Below, piece by piece: positions 1 through 13,815 of a stretch of 64,000 nt of DNA. Within the stretch, counting starts at the first letter, position 1, and each line of letters begins with the position of its first letter. The stretch is taken from assembly GCF_006345805.1 (NCBI RefSeq), contig NC_043005.1:99572001-99636000 (forward strand), in the 5' to 3' direction. Both the position numbers and the translations under genes were made by a program. A model generated the notes under the pieces. The model did no database searches. It was not told where the DNA came from and saw only the letters and a list, made by a program, of their open reading frames with translations. This DNA is from Octopus sinensis (taxonomy: Eukaryota).

Positions 1-77
1 AGAAACACAAACACAAAGACACAAACATACATCTGCACACACACACACACACACACACATAGACGACAGACTTCTTT

Positions 78-428
78 CATCATCATCATCACCATCATTT
101 AATGTCTGCTTTCCATGCTAGCATGGGTTGGACGATTTGACTGAGGAATGGTGAACCAGATGGCTGCACCAAGCTCCAATCTGATCTGGCAGAGTTTCTA
201 CCACTGAATGCCCTTCCTAAAACCAACCACTCCGAGAGTATAGTGGGTGCTTTTACATGCCACAGGCATGAGGGCCAGTCAGGCAGTGCTTAAATGGTGT
301 TTTTTTACGTGCCACCGACACAGGAGACGGTCCAGCATTACTGGCAATGACCTCGCTTGAATGTTTTTTCCTGTGCCAGTAAGATGACGCTAGTTATGAT
401 CACGCTCGAATGGTGCTTTTTATGTGCC
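78..428 (-). mobile_element. RTE 3' UTR fragment nested in a SINE
   Basis: (CAT)n-TTTCCATGCTAGCATGGGTTGGACG signature. It splits a SINE between 1-80 and 433-575. Confidence 0.8.
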
Positions 429-939
429 ACCTGTCTACCAAATCCATTCAGAAGGTTTTGGTCAGCCTGTGGCAAAAGTAGAAGACACTTGCTCAAAGTG
501 CCATGCTGTGAGACTGAACCTAAGACCACATGGTTAGGAAGCAAGCTTCTTAACTCTACAGCCAAGACTGAACCTATGTGACAGCCAATTCCTTCTATCT
601 GTCCTCCATTGGACTGGATAGACTCTCACGAGGTGGTATCAAAAGATTCCCAGATAATTTATGTTTAATAAAAAATAACTTACCTAAGTTTAACACCACC
701 TCTTCTTTTCTGCTTCTCCCTCAGCTTGATATACCTGTCTCCTAACTCTCACTATTGGATACAGTTACCTTCTCCCCCATTCTTCCAGGCCCATTTCTTT
801 GCTCTAATAGCCCTGTCTCACATATCATTCCACCACCACATTACTCTAGGCCTGGTTGAGACTTCACACCATTCATTTGGCCTGTGGCACTCAGTAAGCC
901 CTCCCACAGGAATTCTCAGTTGTCATATATATGCATATA

Positions 940-1489
940 TTGGGTTGTCCGGAAAGTTTGTGCTGATTTTTAAAGGAAAGAAAAAGGTCAATAAATACTT
1001 GCCATTACATTTTTAATCAACCAAATATGAACCATTTTGTTGCACGATGTGTCTTCATCTTTCCTTTAACTTGAAAATACCCTCTTCCCAGAAATGAGGT
1101 GGTTTCATGGCAAAGAATTCATCAAGTTAGCTTTTTACGTCATCCAAGGAATTGAAATTTTTACCATTAAGACTATTCTGCAGAGACGTGAATAAGTGGA
1201 AATCCGAAGGAGCAATATCTGGTGAATATGGAGGGTGGGGTAATACATCCCAGCCGAGCTGCAGCAATTTCTGTCTGGTTCCACAAGTATTAAGTGCCGA
1301 AAATGAACTTTCTCATCTTCCATTTTAAAGTGTTACAGAATTAACACAGGTTATAGGAACATAAACCTTCTTCCACGAAGAGTGTACTCTAAATGAAGGT
1401 GTAGTCAGATCCTATTTTATGGACTCAACCATATTTATTGACCTTTTTCTTTCCTTTAAAAATCAGCACGAACTTTCCAGACAACCCAA
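940..1489 (-). mobile_element. Internally deleted mariner (MITE-like), TIRs of about 58 bp, TA target duplication
   Basis: TA|TTGGGTTGTCCGGAAAGTT... and ...AACTTTCCAGACAACCCAA|TA. The minus-strand start MEDEKVHFRHLIL resembles a mariner N-terminus. Confidence 0.9.
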
Positions 1490-2320
1490 TATATACGTGG
1501 TCTGGTCAATAAGTATCTGGACTGTTGCCATAGATTCAAAGCTAAAGCAAGCAAAGTAAGCCACTTGACACAGATTGACCTTCAACTCTGCTGTGCATGC
1601 AAACTAAGTTTTAACATTCTAACTCACTTCCGTTGTTTACAGCAGTGCTGTAACATGCAATCATTGCATCGACAGAAAAAGTTGAGCAGAGAATCTGCAT
1701 CAAATTTTGCCAAAAGCTTGGTGATACCTGCTCAGAGGCCTACGCAAAATTTTCAAAAAGCTTTCATCGTTCTCGAGACAATCAAAGAGATCTTGTGCAG
1801 CTGAAAACTGAGTGTCTTTTTGGTCAACTGAAAGCAGTTTTGATACAAACCTGACAGACACACGTCTCATGCCCAAATCTTCAATGATAATGGACTGAAC
1901 TGGACCCTAACTAATCTGCACATCCTTTGATAACTCACGAATGGTGATTTGATGTTTTCCCTTCACAGCTGCACACACATTTGTAATGTTTACCTCAGTT
2001 CTGCTAGTAGACTGCTACTACTGCTATTTCAGCCACTGATCATTTCCCCAATTACAGCCAACGAATCTAGTCAATACACAAGACAGCCATTATGCTCCCC
2101 CCACCCACAAAATACCACCACGTGGACTCTGTTGAGACTAGTAAGAAATAATTATGAACTTTTTTATTACACTTAACTTTTAAAAATATTTTTTGATAAG
2201 GTTCGTTTTTTCAAGAAGAACTAAAACAGAATTTCTAAGAAAATTAAAATTTATCTTATATAGTGGCATTTTCAAACTTCTTTTTTATAAATATATATAT
2301 ACACACACAGACACACACAA

Positions 2321-2352
<32 letters not shown>

Positions 2353-2429
2353 TCTCATATATGTACATATATATATATATATACGTACATATATGTAAAT
2401 GTATATATAAAAAATATATATATATATAG

Positions 2430-3392
2430 CTCTTACCTCTGCTGGTGACTAAAGGCCTCTCGCTCAGAGTAAAAGGCAGACTGTATGATGCATGTGTACG
2501 AACAGCCATGCTACATGGCAGTGAAACATGGGCCGTGACTGCTGAGGACATGCGTAAGCTCGTGAGGAATGAAGCCAGTATGATCCGATGGATGTGTAAT
2601 GTCAGTGTACATACTCGACAGAGCATTAGTATTTTGAGAGAAATGTTGTACCTAAGAAGCATCAGTTGTGGTGTGCAAGAGAGACGATTGCACTGGTATG
2701 GTCATGTGGCGAGAATGGATGAAGATAGGTGTGTGAGAAAGTGCCAATCCCTAGCAGTTGAGGGAACCCGTGGAAGAGGTAGACCCAGGAAAACCTGGGA
2801 CGAGGTGGTGAAGCACGACCTTCGAACTTTAGGAAATTACCAGCGACCGAGACCTTTGGAAATATGTTGTACATGAGAAGACCAGGCAGGACAAGTGAGC
2901 CCAGCCCACTTATGAATGCCTTTCCTCCCTTGGACACAAAGACCTATTGAGGCAAGCGAAGTTGATATAGAACCTCATCCGACGACAGGCACCCATGCCA
3001 ACCCCCTTTGCTTGCGAAGACATGTTGGGGCAAGCGAAAGCGAAATCGAATTGAACCAGCCAGGATCCCTGGTCTGGTGGTACGTAAAAAGCACTATCCG
3101 ACTCATGGCCAATGCCAGCGCCGCCTTGACTGGCTTCCGTGCCGGTGGCACATAAAATACACCAATCCGACTGTGGCCGTTGCCAGCCTCGCCTGGCACC
3201 TGTGCAGGTGGCACGTAAAAAGCACCCACTACACTCACAGAGTGGTTGGCGTTAGGAAGGGCATCCAGCTGTAGAAACATTGCCAGATAAGACTGGAGCC
3301 TGGTGCAGCCTTCTGGCTTCCCAGATCCCCGGTCGAACCGTCCAACCCATGCTAGCATGGAGAACGGACGTTAAACGATGATGATGATGATG

Positions 3393-3395
<3 letters not shown>
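2430..3395 (+). mobile_element. RTE LINE 3' fragment (RT C-terminus, 3' UTR, (GAT)n)
   Basis: ORF 2445-2876 is nearly identical to the C-terminal part of 46206-46883 (LYDACVRTAMLHGSETW, RLHWYGHV). Confidence 0.9.
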
Positions 3396-3432
<37 letters not shown>

Positions 3433-3795
3433 CTGAATAAGAAGACAAGAGAAGGCTAAGGAATATCTTTTTAAATAAAAATGTAGCATCACTGAGAAAG
3501 GTGACCAGGGTGGTTTCCCTGTGGCTTTGTATAAACAATAAATAGCTATAAGTTATTCATCTGTCCAGGGATAAGTGGCAGATAATGCAAGTATGATGAA
3601 GGTCTAATAAGACTCCCAACTGGCCAGACCTATATCATTTCTTCTATCCTGAGAGGGACATAAAATGACCTGTGGTGTAACCATCTTTCTTGTCATTTAC
3701 AGTAAGGCTAAAATTGTATATTAAAGAGCTGTACCTTACCTTTCAAATAACCACCTAAAACCTGATGTAATTGCCTTATTAGTTCATTTATTCAC

Positions 3796-3797
<2 letters not shown>

Positions 3798-3826
<29 letters not shown>

Positions 3827-4040
3827 TCTACCTATCTATCTACTATCTATGTGTGTGTGTATATATATATATACACTTATATATAAGGTGTATGTGCATG
3901 TGTATGCATATATATACATATATATATATGCATACAGACACACAAATCTTAAAAATATCGCACACATACATGCACACACACATTCACACACTCACACACA
4001 CTGACATATGTATGTACATATATGCACAAACACACACACA

Positions 4041-4076
<36 letters not shown>

Positions 4077-4093
4077 TGTATGTATGTATGTAT

Positions 4094-4127
<34 letters not shown>

Positions 4128-4130
4128 ATG

Positions 4131-4162
<32 letters not shown>

Positions 4163-4168
4163 TGTATG

Positions 4169-4236
<68 letters not shown>
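3798..4236. repeat. Compound (TATG)n/(TA)n/(CA)n microsatellite
   Basis: Read directly. Confidence 0.95.
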
Positions 4237-4239
<3 letters not shown>

Positions 4240-5008
4240 TATTTTTCTTCTTTGGATCAAGTGTAGAGAAGAGGCAATAAAACCAGGAACTGCAGCAGAA
4301 TAAATTAATATGGTAAGAGCAACAAAAGCAGAAGAGACAAGTTGTATTTGCTTTGGTAAAAATCAATCATCTGATTGGTTGCCATAGGAATAGGCCATTC
4401 CTGTGGGGATGAGGGGTGGGATTTGGTGTATTCACAGCGATCATATGCAGTGGTTGTAAGCAAACGAATTGATATATAATAATTCAAAACTATACGAATA
4501 TTTAGCTTTATTTAAGTTTAGACATTTTGTTGTCCTTTTACTGTTTGTTGTATTTGTTGTTGATGTTGCCGTTGTTGTAGTATTGTTCTATTATGGCTGT
4601 ATTTCTGTTTATTATTTGTTTGTTGTGAGTATATTATATGTTAGGGTAGAATGTTTTACTGGTGGCTCTAAGAATTGGTTTGTAGAAAAGATGTGTGTTA
4701 GAATGTACAGTTAATGTATGTGTGTGTGAGTGTGTCACGAAAAATCCAACATAAACCAATAAAAAAAAATATTATTTTCATACAATCCAATAAAAAAGTA
4801 ATGATAAACATGTTCTAAATGTGATATACATACACACACACTACAAATACACACACACAGACACACACACACACAAAATATGTATATCGCAAATAAAGCT
4901 ACACAAAATATAAATAAAATAAGTCAATGAAAAACATGAAAAAGCTGTAATAAAATATTTTTAAATATTTTATAAAGCAAAGCATGATACTAAAACAGCT
5001 GTTATACA

Positions 5009-5049
<41 letters not shown>

Positions 5050-6049
5050 GTGTAAAGGTGGGCTACAGCAAAATTCTGCTCAATACTGCAGATTTGTTTG
5101 CTAGTTGCTTGATCTTCACCAGTTGAGCTTGTTCTTTAGTGGCTGACAATTTGTGCATCATGAGCAGGAGTAGTTGGGGAACATCATAGCCATGTTCTGT
5201 TGTGTCTGGGGAGAGTCATTTTTTTTTGTATCTTATAATTTAACACACTCACTGGTAAAATTTCCACTTATTCCTTATTTTTATTTTCCTAAAATTTTCG
5301 TTGCATCTCGCAGCTTTTTCACAAGATGCAATGAAAATTTTAGGAAAATAAAAATAAGGAATAAGTGGAAATTTTACTGGTGTGTTAAATTATAAGGCAC
5401 TAAAAGAGGATGACTCTCCCCAGACACAACAGAATATGCTTCAACTCAAGAACTCACATAATTAATCTTGCAAACCAAATCTAAAAACGAAATATCATAG
5501 CCATGTGTTGAGGGGAATTCTTAGGGATATGAATAAGTCACCTCTGGAATCATGGGTGTCTCATTCATAATCCTGAAACAACCCTTATTCAGGGAGCTTC
5601 TGAGTGGGACAGGCTACTTGACTTGGGGCCCCACATGGAAGGTCATGCACTGTTTATGTCACATTCACATGGTTGTGATGCATGTGCCTGGTTTACCCTT
5701 ATTGGATGGATAGTCATGATGGGTACATTTGGCTTTGTATATTTGAAACCCAGTGTCACTCTGATAGCATGTGCTATTCTCAATAATAATGATGATGATG
5801 ATGATGTTGATGAAAATATTTCTTTCTAATTTTGGCACAAGGCCAGCAGTTTTGAGAGGTGGGGGAAATCGATTCCAACAAGTCCAGTGCTCATACTTGT
5901 TTTGTTACCTTCAATAGGATGAACGGCAAAGTCAACTTAGCAGAATTTGAACTCAGAATGTAAAGTTGGTAGAAAGGCTTCTAAGCATTTGGTCTGGTGT
6001 GGTAACAATTCTACCACCCATTTATTTAATGATAATAGAAATTTGTTTT

Positions 6050-6670
6050 GAGTGCCTTGACTGGCTCCCATGCTGGTGGCACATAAAAGCACCATCCAAA
6101 TGTGGTCGATGCCAGCCACTTCTGGCCCCTGTGCTAGTGGCATGTAAAAAGCACCCACTACAGACTTGGAGTGGTTGGAGTTAGGCAGGCACCATCATCA
6201 TCATCATCATTGTTTAACATCTGCTTTCCATGCTAGCATGGGTTGGACGATTTGACTGAGGACTGGCGAACCAGATGGCTGCACCAGGCTCCAATCTTGA
6301 TCTGGCAGAGTTTCTACAGCTGGATGCCCTTCCTAACACTAACAACTCCGAGAGTGTAGTGGGTGCTTTTATATGCCAGTGGCATGAGAGCCAGTCAGGC
6401 GGTATTGGCAACGGTAATGCTCAAAGGGTGTTTTTTTTATGTGCCATATGCACTGGCAATGACCTTGCTCGAATGTTTTTGTCAGGTGCCAGTAAGGCGA
6501 CGCTGGTAACAATCACACTTGAATGGTGCTTTTTATGTGCCACCAGGCTGCTCTAGAAATACTGCCAGATCCGTTCGGAGTCTGGTGCAACCTCCTGGCT
6601 TCCCAGATCCCCAGTCGAACCGTCCAACCAATGCTAGCATGGAAAACGGACATTAAACGATAAAGATGAA
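6050..6670. mobile_element. Cluster of three RTE 3' UTR fragments (+, -, +)
   Basis: Tail motifs at about 6050-6195 (+), 6195-6545 (-) and 6560-6670 (+). Confidence 0.75.
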
Positions 6671-7384
6671 GACAGGAGATAAATTTTTCTGTAAGAAGCA
6701 AACTGACTGAAGAGAACCCTATTGAAAATAGTGGTATTTATGTGAAGGAGTTGACATTTAGCTATGGTAAGATTTGAACTTGTAACCTAGAGTAATAAAA
6801 CTAAATACGAGACAGCTGATCTCATAGTTTAATTTGTTTAAAAACTGTTCTAAGTTAAAAAAAGTTTATTGCAAGTAGTGAAATTAATAAACTATGATAG
6901 AACACAAAAAATGGTAATATGACAAACAAGAGAAATATTAAATGGAAATATTATGAACAGTGACAAGAGATCATCACCATCACCATCATTATTATCATCA
7001 TTGTTATCATTTTTAACGTCCACTTTTCCATGCTTGCATAAATTGGATGAAATTCACTGAGGCAGCTTTTCTATGGCTGGATGCTCTTCCTGTCTCTAAC
7101 ACTCACTGCTTTTCAAATGAAGTAATAGATAAAAAATTAATACAGTTTTGTAATATTTCAAACTGTACAAGATAGCTTTCAACTCATAAATATACATCAT
7201 TATTGTTTTGATGTCCACTTTTCCATGCTTGCATGGGTTGAATGGAATTCATTGAAGTGAATTTTCTATGGCTTCATGCCATGGCTGTCACTAACCCTCA
7301 CTTTTTTCAAAGCAAAGTGATATTTCTCCATGACCAGACGTGTTTTCACAGAATATTAGAAATGAAGGATACTGCTTGTATGAT

Positions 7385-7720
7385 GCATCGTCATTTAACA
7401 TCCGCTTTCCATGCTAGCATGAGTTGGACGATTTGACTGAGGTCTGGTGAACCAGACTCCAATTTGATCTGGCAGAGTTTCTACAGCTGGATGCTCTTCC
7501 TAACGCCAACCACTCTGAGAGTGTAGTGGGTGCTTTTACATGCCACCTGCACAGGAGCCAGTCCAGCGGCACTGGCGACGACCTCGCTCGAATGTTTCAC
7601 ATGCCACCAGCACAAGTGCCAGTAAGACGACGCGGAAACGATCACGCTTGAATAGTGTGCTTAAACGTGCCATCGGCACAAAGGCCAGCTTGCAACAGTC
7701 ATTTACAACTATCATATGAT
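7385..7720 (-). mobile_element. RTE 3' UTR fragment
   Basis: TTTAACATCCGCTTTCCATGCTAGCATG signature. Confidence 0.8.
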
Positions 7721-7877
7721 GTGAAGGCAATGCGACAATAATATATACATGATGTTACACAGCTGCATATACAGAAGAAGCTTCTTTCAGTTTCCATCTG
7801 CTAAATTCACTCACAAGGCTCTGGTTAGCCCAGTGCTACATGGTAATTAAATCATTAATATATAATGAATTATTAAA

Positions 7878-8195
7878 GGCACGTGGCTTAGTGGTTAGGG
7901 CATTCGGCTAGTGATCGTAAGGTCATGAGTTCAATTACCAGCGATGTGTCCTTGAGCAAGACACTTTATTTCATGATGTTCCAGTCCATTCAGCTGGCAA
8001 AAATGAGTTGTACCTGTACTTCAAAGTGCTAGCCTTGTTACTCTCTATCACACTGAATCTCCCTGAGAACTACATTAAGGATACACATGTCTGTCGAGGG
8101 CTCTGCCACTTGCATGTTAATTTCACAAGCAGGCTGTTCTAGTGATCAGATCAGCTAGAACCCTCATTGTTGTAACCAATAGAGTACCAGTATAT
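7878..8195 (+). mobile_element. Third SINE family (V-domain-like core)
   Basis: A box TGGCTTAGTGG, B box GAGTTCAATTAC, GTGTCCTTGAGCAAGACACTT core. Confidence 0.7.
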
Positions 8196-8554
8196 AACGA
8201 TTTAATGAAATAGAATATAAAACTTCTATTAATAAAGTATTTCCTTACAAACTTTGTATGAAGGAGAACAGATTTATAAGAGAATACAGCATAATAAATG
8301 TTCATCTGAAATGTCTTAAATATATCCAATTGTGAAATAACATATGATGAAACATTGGAAAGAGTTTATTTCTTACAATGACATGAAACCATTTTTATGT
8401 GAGAAAGAGACTGATAGTGGAACTGGTATTACTGTTACCAATATATTGACCATAAGAGCAATGTTAAATTAAGGTTGACAGATGCCTTAAGCAGAGCCCA
8501 ACAATGGTGACACCTTGACTCAACCATTGTCTAAATGACAAAACATCATCATCA

Positions 8555-9085
8555 ACATCATCACCATCATCATTGTCGTCGTCATCATCATTTAATTTCC
8601 GTTTTCCATACTGGCATGAGTTGGGCAGTTTGGCAGGAGCTGGCCAGTTGGGAAGCTGCCTGGGTTCCATGTCTGTTTAGACATGGTTTCTACAGCTGGA
8701 CACCCTTCCCAATGCCAACCATTTCACAGAGTGTACTGGGTGCTTTTACTCAACATTGGCATGGGCGCTTTTTATGTGGCACCAGCACCCACGAACCTGC
8801 AAGATTAGGAATACTTAATTGAAAAGGGATGCAAGGGACATGGCTGTATGCAAGGACGACCATGTATTTACTTAGCTTGATGTGTCTTCTCATGTACTGT
8901 GAGGCCCAACATCTGAAGATCCTTTCTCACCACTTCATCCCACCTCTTCCTGAGTCGACCTCTTCCACATGTTCCCTCCACAATTAGAGCTCAGCACTTC
9001 CTGATGCAAGTGTCTTCATTCATATGCATTACATGACCATACCAGTGCAGTTTTCTCTCTTGCACTCTACATCTGATGCCATTCA
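8555..9085 (-). mobile_element. Diverged RTE 3' fragment
   Basis: (CAT)n-TTTCCATACTGGCATG tail followed by the reverse complement of the RT C-terminus (8880-9085). Confidence 0.75.
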
Positions 9086-10094
9086 GATATAATAAGATGG
9101 GCTGAATGCATAAAACAATGAATAAAAACACAGCTTTCATTCAGTTCGGACACCACAACTATATTAAATGTAACCTATATATAAATTTATTTATTTAACA
9201 TTCTACCATTTACAACATGGTAAATCAGGCACAGGAAACAAAACAAACAACAAAAAATCCCTGGGGTCATTTTCTCCTGTTGGCGCCTTCTGCTTGTATT
9301 GATATTACAGAATAATTAATCTGGGTCTACATAAGAACTGTCAATGAAATGGTAATGGAAGAAATGTCTTATAATAATTAGCTATGTCTTTTTATATTCA
9401 GGGTTAAAATCTGTATAGGATAGACTTGTTTGTTCACTCTATGTTTAGCCCCTTGTGGGTAATAAATAAATAGGATAGACTTAGCCATGCAGAGATAAGC
9501 ACAGGGTCCTTGTGATGTTTTTTTAAAACAAATCATGATGGAATCTCAAACACCAATACATTAAAAATGAAGTTGACTCTTGTAGAATTTGACTGAACAC
9601 CTCCCCACCCCAACTTTCCTCCTCGTCTTTGAGTGTTGAGACTATAAATTGTTATACATCCAGTCTTGAGAATAAAGTAATTAACTAAAATAAATCAATT
9701 AATTCTAACTGCACACAACAAGATGTCGCCAGAAAAGTTAAACAATGACCTCAGCAATCACAAATCACTAAAAATATCATTCTGTTGCAGAGAATCATCC
9801 AATGCCATGTATGATTATGGAACCTCTGTAAAAATACACAAAGCAATCAAACATCAATTAATCAAATACAGAATCTATAAAGTAAAAAACATTTTACAGT
9901 CGAAGCTTAAACTAAGATGAAGTTTCTGCAGCAGTTTTTCAATATAACGTGTCTTGTCCCAATTTCTGCTATTTCTCTTATTTCCAGTTATCTTTTATAC
10001 TGTATCTCTTACTTGTTTCAGTCATTAGACTGTGGCCATGCTGGGGCACCACCTTGAAGAACTTTTAGTTGAATTAATTGACCCCAGTCATCAT

Positions 10095-10410
10095 CATCAT
10101 CGTTTAACATCCACTTTCCATGCTAGCATGGGTTGGACGATTTTGACTGAGGGCTGCCAAACCAGATGGCTGCACCAGGCTCCAATCTTGATCTGGCAGA
10201 CTTTCTACAGCTGGATACCCTTCCTAATGCCAACCACTCCAAGAGTGTAGTGGGTGCTTTTTACGTGCCCCCGGCACGGGGTCCAGTCAGGTGGTACTGG
10301 CAATGACCTCACTCGAATCTTTTTACACATGCCACCAGCACAGGTGCCAGTAAGGCGACGTTGGTAACAATCATACACGAATGGTGCCCTTTTATGTGCC
10401 ACTGGCATGG
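10095..10410 (-). mobile_element. RTE 3' UTR fragment nested in a SINE
   Basis: Same signature. SINE pieces lie at about 10005-10075 and 10430-10718. Confidence 0.8.
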
Positions 10411-10796
10411 AAGCTAGTTGGCTGCTCTGGCAACATGGTACTTATTCAATTGGTCTTTTTTGCTGGACTGCTAATGGGGATGTAAACACACCAACACTAA
10501 TTGTCAGAAGGCGGCAGGGGACAAACACACACTATATATATATATATATATATAAACAGGTCTCTTGGAGTTTCTGTCCACCAATTCCATTCACAAGGTT
10601 TTGGTTGGCTTGAAGCTATAACAGAAGACCTTTGTCCAAAGTGCCACATGGTGAGACTGAACTTGGAACTATTTGGTTGGGAAGCAAGCTTCTTACCACA
10701 CAGCCATGCCTGTATCTATGAAGTTATCTTTATTTCTGATGCATCTCCTAACTTGGTTTGGATTCAAAACTTTTATTCCTACAATGATGTGGCATA

Positions 10797-10966
10797 GGCA
10801 CAGGAGTTGCAGTGTGGTAAGTAGCTTGCTAACCAACCACATGGTTCTGGGTTCAGTCCCACTGCATGGCACCTTGGGCAAGTGTCTTCTACTACAGCCT
10901 CAGGCTGACCAAAGCCTTGTGAGTGGATTTGGTAGACGGAAACTGAAAGAAGCCCATCGTATATAT

Positions 10967-11017
<51 letters not shown>

Positions 11018-11031
11018 GTGTGTGTGTGTGT

Positions 11032-11066
<35 letters not shown>

Positions 11067-11297
11067 ATTTGTATGTCTGTGTCGGTCCTCCCAACATCGC
11101 TTGACAACCGATACTGGTGTGTTTACATTTTCGTAACTTAGCAATTCAGCAAAAGAAACTGATAGAATAAGTACTAACTAGGCTTACAAAGAATAAGTCC
11201 TGGGGTTGATTTGCTCAACTATAAGTGGTGCTCCAGCATTGCCGCAGTCAAATGACTGAAAGAAGTAAAAGAGTAAAGAGTATAGAATATATATATA

Positions 11298-11383
<86 letters not shown>

Positions 11384-11597
11384 ATTTGTATGTCTGTGTC
11401 GGTCCTCCCAACATCGCTTGACAACCGATACTGGTGTGTTTACATTTTCGTAACTTAGCAATTCAGCAAAAGAAACTGATAGAATAAGTACTAACTAGGC
11501 TTACAAAGAATAAGTCCTGGGGTTGATTTGCTCAACTATAAGTGGTGCTCCAGCATTGCCGCAGTCAAATGACTGAAAGAAGTAAAAGAGTAAAGAG
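10797..11597 (+). mobile_element. tRNA-derived SINE (main family) with a tandem 317-bp duplication of its 3' half
   Basis: Head with GGTTCTGGGTTCAGTCCC B-box region, internal (TA)n(TG)n, tail GACTGAAA.AAGTAAAAGAG. The second half repeats identically. Confidence 0.9.
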
Positions 11598-11629
11598 TAT
11601 AGAATATATATATATATATATATATAAGG

Positions 11630-12015
11630 TCTACAACTGGATGACCTTCTTAATGCTAACAACTCCAAGAGTGTAATGGGTGCTTTTACATGCCACTGGC
11701 AAGAGTGCCATTTGTGTGATACTAGTATCTGCCATGACTGTGACTTCATTTGGTTTGATGGGTCTTTTTTCTCATCAAGCCAAGTGAAATTGTAGTTGTG
11801 ACAGATTCTGGTGTCATGCAAATGGCACCTGTGCCGGTGGCCACTCTTGGAGTGGTTGGCATTAGGAAGGGCATCCATCCATAGAAATCATGCCAAACCA
11901 AACTAGAGTTTGGTACAGCCTTCCAGCTTGCCAGCCCTGGTCAAACTGTCCAACCCATGCCAGCATGGACAACAGATGTTAAATGACGATGATGATGACG
12001 ATGATGATGATGATG
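11630..12015 (+). mobile_element. RTE 3' UTR fragment
   Basis: AGGAAGGGCATCCA...CAACCCATGCCAGCATGG...(GAT)n. Confidence 0.7.
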
Positions 12016-12992
12016 ATTTACTATATATTTTAGTTATAAAATGAAACACTGTGTGTCTCTACTTGTGCTTTACAAAAGTTGTGGTCTACGAGTGGTATTG
12101 TCATCCTTTCTCCTCTCATCAAACCATTCTACTCACTTTGCATCTTTAAAGACATGTGAAATATGAGACCCCTTATTGAAAATTAGGTAACAGTTAGGTG
12201 ACAGGAAGGGAATCTACTCATGAAAATATGACTCAGTAATATATGAATATATTCATCTAACCCATGCTAGCATGGAAAATGGACTTAAAATAAATGAACA
12301 AGATATGAGAGAGAAAGAGAGTGGGGGAGAGAGATTATATCATCAAAAACATATATTTTAGAAATAACAATAAATCATCTAAAATTTCCATCATGTAGAC
12401 ATGTTAAACAAAGTCTGTACAACCATATAAAAAAGCCAACAACATCTTAAATAAGAGGAATGTATCCAACAAGGACACAACATACAACTAAATAGATATA
12501 ACAAACAACAAGAAGATAATAAGTAAAATAATAAATCATTACAACACAGAAATACCATTATCAAAGTTATGATTTATTATTATTACTATTAGCAATGTCA
12601 TGTTACTGATAATTGTATATTTATGTGTGTGTGTCTGATTGTATATGCATACATACATACACACATACTTATCTATTTACCTATCTTATACACACACATG
12701 TATATATATATATACACACATACATACATACACACACGTTTATGTATATATGTATACATATATATGTATACCTACACACAAATATATGTGTTTATACAGA
12801 AAGAGAGAGAGAGAATGAGAGAGATGCTATAATTTCCAGCCTACGAGTCAACTTTTCCAGAAGAGAATTTACAGCCAAAAAAAAAAGGTAGATTGACTTA
12901 TACATCAAGACAACATAGGAAGACCAAAAATTCCATGGGAAATGCATCAGGAGTTTTAAATATGGTAATAATGTCTGAAGATTTACAATATA

Positions 12993-13815
12993 TATTGGGC
13001 CATCCCATAAATAATGTGGGTTTTTCAATTGCAAGTTTTGAAGAGTGCAGTGAGATTTTAACAGTTATTTTTACAAAGCTATAATGGAAGTGACAAAGGA
13101 CATGTTTTCAGCATGTTTTTCTGTATGAGTTCAATAAAGGCAACAATGCAACAGAAAGTGTGAGGAATATTAATGCAGTATATGGGGATTGGACAATAAG
13201 CTTAAGCCAGTGTCAATGGTGGTTCCAGAAATTCTGATCTGGAAACTACAGCTGAGAAAATCTTTACAGCTCAACGAGGACATCCTGCAAAACCTGATGG
13301 AACAAAATCTGATTGTAACTTTTGAGGTACTAGCAAAGAAGCTTGGATTTGGTCATTCAACCATTCATTGTTACTGCATGCCATCAGAAAAGTCAGCAAA
13401 TTGGCTCAATGTGTTCCTCACAAACTTTCTGAGTCTAATTGCTTGCAGAGAGTGAATGTGGGCTCTTCTTTGCTCTCACGTCTCACAAATGAACCTTTTT
13501 TGGACTGAATAGTGACTGGTGATAAGAAATGGGTTCTCTATAAAAATGTCAAGTGCAGAAACAGTGGATAGGGAAAGGAGAAATACTGGCACCCCAGGCT
13601 AAAGCAGGTCTTCACCCTTGTAAGGTGTTGTTATCTGTTTGGTGGGATACGAAAGATTTAGTTCACTTTGAACTTTTAAACCCAAACCAAATGATACTGT
13701 GAGCATCTTGAGTAGATTAAGTCACCACTAAAAGAAATTGCCATCTTTGGTTTCAAGACGAAAGGTGTTCTTCCATTGGAATAATGCTCAGCCACATACC
13801 GCATGAATAAAGGAC
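12993..13815 (+). pseudogene. Degenerate mariner transposase remnant
   Basis: Frameshifted fragments of the WVPHKL region, TGDKKWVLYKN, LHPCKVLLSVWWD and FHWNNAQPH. Confidence 0.8.
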
